Below, piece by piece: positions 61,009 through 64,000 of a stretch of DNA of 64,000 nt. This DNA comes from an uncultured Planctomycetia bacterium. Its GTDB lineage: Bacteria > Omnitrophota > Gorgyraeia > Gorgyraeales > Gorgyraeaceae. The notes beneath the pieces were generated by a model. The model did not search any database. It was not told where the DNA came from and saw only the letters and a list, made by a program, of their open reading frames with translations. Numbering within the stretch: the first letter of the stretch is position 1; each line of letters opens with the position of its first letter. A program made the translations under genes and the position numbers. The stretch lies in the NCBI GenBank assembly GCA_964415355.1, contig CAYPYS010000002.1:8048-72047 (forward strand), read 5' to 3'.

Positions 61009-64000
61009 CTATAGCGAGGTATCGGTAGGTTTAATATTTTCGATATGTCCAAATGGCTCAAATGTCATTGGGTTGACTAAAATATCTTCTACAAGAAATT
61101 TTTCTCCAGAATCAGTCACCTCGATCCTGTAGCTTCTAATCGGGTTTCTCAAGTTTGGATCTTCTGATCCCTCAGAAAAACCAAAGGTCTCGAGCAGCCA
61201 ATCCGAGGCTTTGATACCGGGCAGTAAGTTTCGTCTTATCATCTCTATTATAGTCGAAAGATTAAAATATCCTCTATTGCCTGCATAATCTGCCGGGCCT
61301 TTCAGCGCAACAGGCCTGCCGTCGTCTTCCCATGTTAGCCCTTCTACTGTAAATTCGCCTTGCACGTCAGGATTTCTATAGCCTATTTTTATCTCACTTT
61401 TGTCATCTGTTCTTACGATTCTTATAGGATAAGCCTCTCTGTCATTCCTTGTTTTATTATCTTCCGATCTTTGCCCTTCAAAAGAAATAATGCTAACGTC
61501 TCTTTCAGTTCTGAATGAAAACCTGCCTGTGCCTATAGAAATCTGAAATAAACGCTTATCGCCCGGGGCTGCGATGCCAGCTTCTATGCTTCTTTCCAAT
61601 GACTCATCGAAGTCTCTAAAAACACTTGATTCATGAAGATCGTAACCAGGCATCTCATCGCCATTAATAGATATGGTCCTGGTAATTTTTAATTTCGAGT
61701 CTTCTTCTAAAGGAATTATCTTTCCCTCTCTCCATTCATATCCAACTATATTGTCAGGATTAGCTATATCTTCGAACACAAGAAAACGAGCCTCATTTTC
61801 CCTGTCCCGGTAAATCCTTATCCTTCCTGGATGGGTCTCGTGCCACGATGGTAAATAAAGACGCCCGTGAAAATTTATGTATCTTTCTTTCTGCTCGTAA
61901 TCAACGCCAAACGTCTTATCCCTAAGATGTTGCGCTACAGCTAGCAATCTCTCTTTGCCCTGATCAAGTGGTATTGAAAATACAGTATCATAAAAATCAG
62001 AAAAAACAGGCATTAAAGTAAGCGTCAATGATGTCTTTCCTTCAATATCTGTCATATCTTCTGTAACCTTTTTTCCTGAAGGTCGAATATAAGTAAGTCT
62101 TAATATACCTTTTTCTTTGATGCACTCCAAGGTCAGCCTGTTTTTAGGATTTTTTATGTCCACAATATCTATTTTTGCCTCGTTTGAAATAGGTGTTTTT
62201 TGGGCAGATATTCGCACCCTTCCGTCTAGCTGACGCGGCAAGCGTATCCTTGCCCCGGCAAAAAGAAAATTCCTTCCAATCGTGATATTAGCCTTTCCGG
62301 AAAACTTTCCTATGCCATAATCAGAAGGATCAAGGTCGTTCGCTTGAAAATGTTTATATAATAATGCTACTGGATTACGGCTTATTCTCAAGCTTGGCAT
62401 AGCTTCTGCTGTTTCTCGTATATTAGGCGGTCTTTTTAATTGTTTTCTCAGTCTAGAAGCAATTCTTTTTATTTCGGAATCGAGCGCTTTTCTCGAATCC
62501 GGACCCCTTACTACTTTTACCAATATTCGACGGCCCTGTTCAAATATTGCCTCGTCAATATTCTTGACCTCGCCATCGACTATTTCAAAATATTCACCGC
62601 CTGCCCGCACATAAAAATTGTTATTATCCCCTATCCTTATCCGCTCCTGCAAATGATGCTCGGATTCATTGAATTCTTGCTTAATCTTTCTGTTTATAGT
62701 ATCAGCCTTAATGCCCGTAGCTTGAAGTTCCTGTATTCTTCGTATTACTATCAATCCCTTGGTCTTTGTTTTTATAGTAAGGATACCATCTTCTACTTCG
62801 AAGGAAATATTTATTAAGGCAGGATATTCTGTTAGAACTTTTTCTTTGCTGATACTTTTAATTCCATCTTCGTTTTTGTTAAAATCCAGGCAAGCTTGCA
62901 TGTACTCTTTGAATAAAAAAGGAGGCATGCTCTCGAAGTTCACTTCTCTAAAACCTTCTTTAGAGCTATCCCATAGGCCATAAAGAAGGCGTAATAAATA
63001 ATACATTTGCTCAAGATCAAGTTCTCGAAGATATTCAAATCCATTATCGAATCTGATATTTGACAGGAATTTATCAAATCTATCGTTCCAATCTAGGTCT
63101 AACTCGTCGTCGATAAAATTAAACGGGTTGTCACGATGGTAAGGGTTAGAATTCGCATGCTTTAGAAAGACTCCATAGAGCCTATAAAAATCTGTCCCAT
63201 TTTTAGTAATGTCATCGAGTATTTCTTTTCTTCTGCTTCCGGGAAGAGACGAATGGGCATTGAGAATCAAATCAACCACAGCTGCTAATCGAAGCGTGCT
63301 CATATATGCCTGTGACTCACCGATAATTATATTTTCTCCCGCAAGTTCTCTTTGCAAAACCGTTGCCTTGTTTATCCCGTTCAAGCAACTCATTGCCAAA
63401 GTAATTTCATCAGTTGTTAAGCTATCGGTTTCCGTTTGTAATTCAGAATGTAAATCTGCCAGGTCGGAAAGCACTCTTATTGGACCATTGTTATTTGGAT
63501 CGAAATATCTGCTTCCAGGGTATGGAATAGTTCTAAAAACAGAGGCCATATAAGAACCTGATTTCATCAAAAAATGTGCAGTCTTGATTATTGAACCAAA
63601 GCTCTGTCCGGGCAAGCCAACCTGTAAATATGAGACAACCACTATCCGGAGTTCTTCGGCAATTGCAATATTTTCAAGTACTTTGTCCATAGCAATTTTA
63701 GAGTCTTTGACGGCATTCATTAGTCCTTCATCTCCGCTTTCTATTCCCAAATATATCGTTGTAAGCCCAGAGTCCTTCATTGCTTCAAGCATTTCTCTGT
63801 CAAGCAAATCCGCTCTTGTGGTGCATGACCAGTAAAAATTATCACCTTCTTTCTCGGCTCGTAATTTATATTCTTTCATTATTGCTATGATTTGCATTGC
63901 TCTTTCTCTGACAAGGCTCCATGTTTCATCTCTGAATGAAAAAGCCCGGACACCCGTGCTATACAATTCCTCTATTTCTTGTCGCATAAGCTCAACGTCG
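61009..64000 (-). CDS. giant radical-SAM-domain protein, 5'-truncated by window end; C-terminal half of rSAM core followed by about 850-aa extension of unknown function
   Basis: ...WSCTTRADLLDREMLEAMKDSGLTTIYLGIESGDEGLMNAVKDS...GLPGQSF matches rSAM strands 4-6; ORF open to window edge. Confidence 0.5.
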   Translation of the reverse strand, partial: DVELMRQEIEELYSTGVRAFSFRDETWSLVRERAMQIIAIMKEYKLRAEKEGDNFYWSCTTRADLLDREMLEAMKDSGLTTIYLGIESGDEGLMNAVKDSKIAMDKVLENIAIAEELRIVVVSYLQVGLPGQSFGSIIKTAHFLMKSGSYMASVFRTIPYPGSRYFDPNNNGPIRVLSDLADLHSELQTETDSLTTDEITLAMSCLNGINKATVLQRELAGENIIIGESQAYMSTLRLAAVVDLILNAHSSLPGSRRKEILDDITKNGTDFYRLYGVFLKHANSNPYHRDNPFNFIDDELDLDWNDRFDKFLSNIRFDNGFEYLRELDLEQMYYLLRLLYGLWDSSKEGFREVNFESMPPFLFKEYMQACLDFNKNEDGIKSISKEKVLTEYPALINISFEVEDGILTIKTKTKGLIVIRRIQELQATGIKADTINRKIKQEFNESEHHLQERIRIGDNNNFYVRAGGEYFEIVDGEVKNIDEAIFEQGRRILVKVVRGPDSRKALDSEIKRIASRLRKQLKRPPNIRETAEAMPSLRISRNPVALLYKHFQANDLDPSDYGIGKFSGKANITIGRNFLFAGARIRLPRQLDGRVRISAQKTPISNEAKIDIVDIKNPKNRLTLECIKEKGILRLTYIRPSGKKVTEDMTDIEGKTSLTLTLMPVFSDFYDTVFSIPLDQGKERLLAVAQHLRDKTFGVDYEQKERYINFHGRLYLPSWHETHPGRIRIYRDRENEARFLVFEDIANPDNIVGYEWREGKIIPLEEDSKLKITRTISINGDEMPGYDLHESSVFRDFDESLERSIEAGIAAPGDKRLFQISIGTGRFSFRTERDVSIISFEGQRSEDNKTRNDREAYPIRIVRTDDKSEIKIGYRNPDVQGEFTVEGLTWEDDGRPVALKGPADYAGNRGYFNLSTIIEMIRRNLLPGIKASDWLLETFGFSEGSEDPNLRNPIRSYRIEVTDSGEKFLVEDILVNPMTFEPFGHIENIKPTDTSL

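Noticed and set aside
62440-63835. Several 74-125-aa + strand ORFs
   Set aside because: They lie antisense inside the large radical-SAM-domain gene, which is conserved in the minus frame.

Overview
64-kb window from a low-GC, Gram-negative-type bacterium (outer-membrane beta-barrel proteins, HflKC, PilT, AsmA, dense c-di-GMP signalling). From 1 to 49.4 kb almost all genes are on the + strand and are mostly ordinary housekeeping or envelope genes. Two c-di-GMP-I (GEMM) riboswitches sit in this stretch.

The most striking structure is a 38-40 bp near-palindromic element (core TAACTTTACAYTTYAAC-N3-GTTRAARTGTAAAGTTA) found in 22 intergenic gaps between 77 and 44,703. It often contains the TAA stop codon of the upstream gene. 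Two copies (28997-29192, 38759-38956) are expanded to about 196 bp by a multi-hairpin core showing compensatory substitutions, which looks MITE-like or like a structured RNA. One copy (10047-10119) carries a 35-bp hairpin insertion.

The element stops abruptly after 44.7 kb, and the remaining roughly 19 kb is built differently, with duplicated promoter and terminator cassettes around unrelated genes. This part contains:
- paralogous small hydrophobic-peptide ORFs with RBS-sequestering hairpins (type I toxin-like or leader-like);
- a promoter overlaid by four TTACCTAACAA half-sites upstream of a small-protein plus nucleotidyltransferase pair;
- an ArsM-like methyltransferase, cupin and permease cluster;
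- a roughly 6.3-kb block bounded by 12-bp inverted repeats that carries a two-methyltransferase type II restriction-modification system, co-operonic with a ParB-like protein and two unknown proteins;
- a minus-strand cluster driven by a duplicated 45-bp promoter module: a giant radical-SAM protein (5'-truncated by the window), a His-rich lipopeptide, a transglutaminase-like lipoprotein, a 744-aa DHH/DHHA1 phosphoesterase and a PEGA/SHOCT lipoprotein.

No rRNA, tRNA or CRISPR was seen. All functional calls come from motif reading only.
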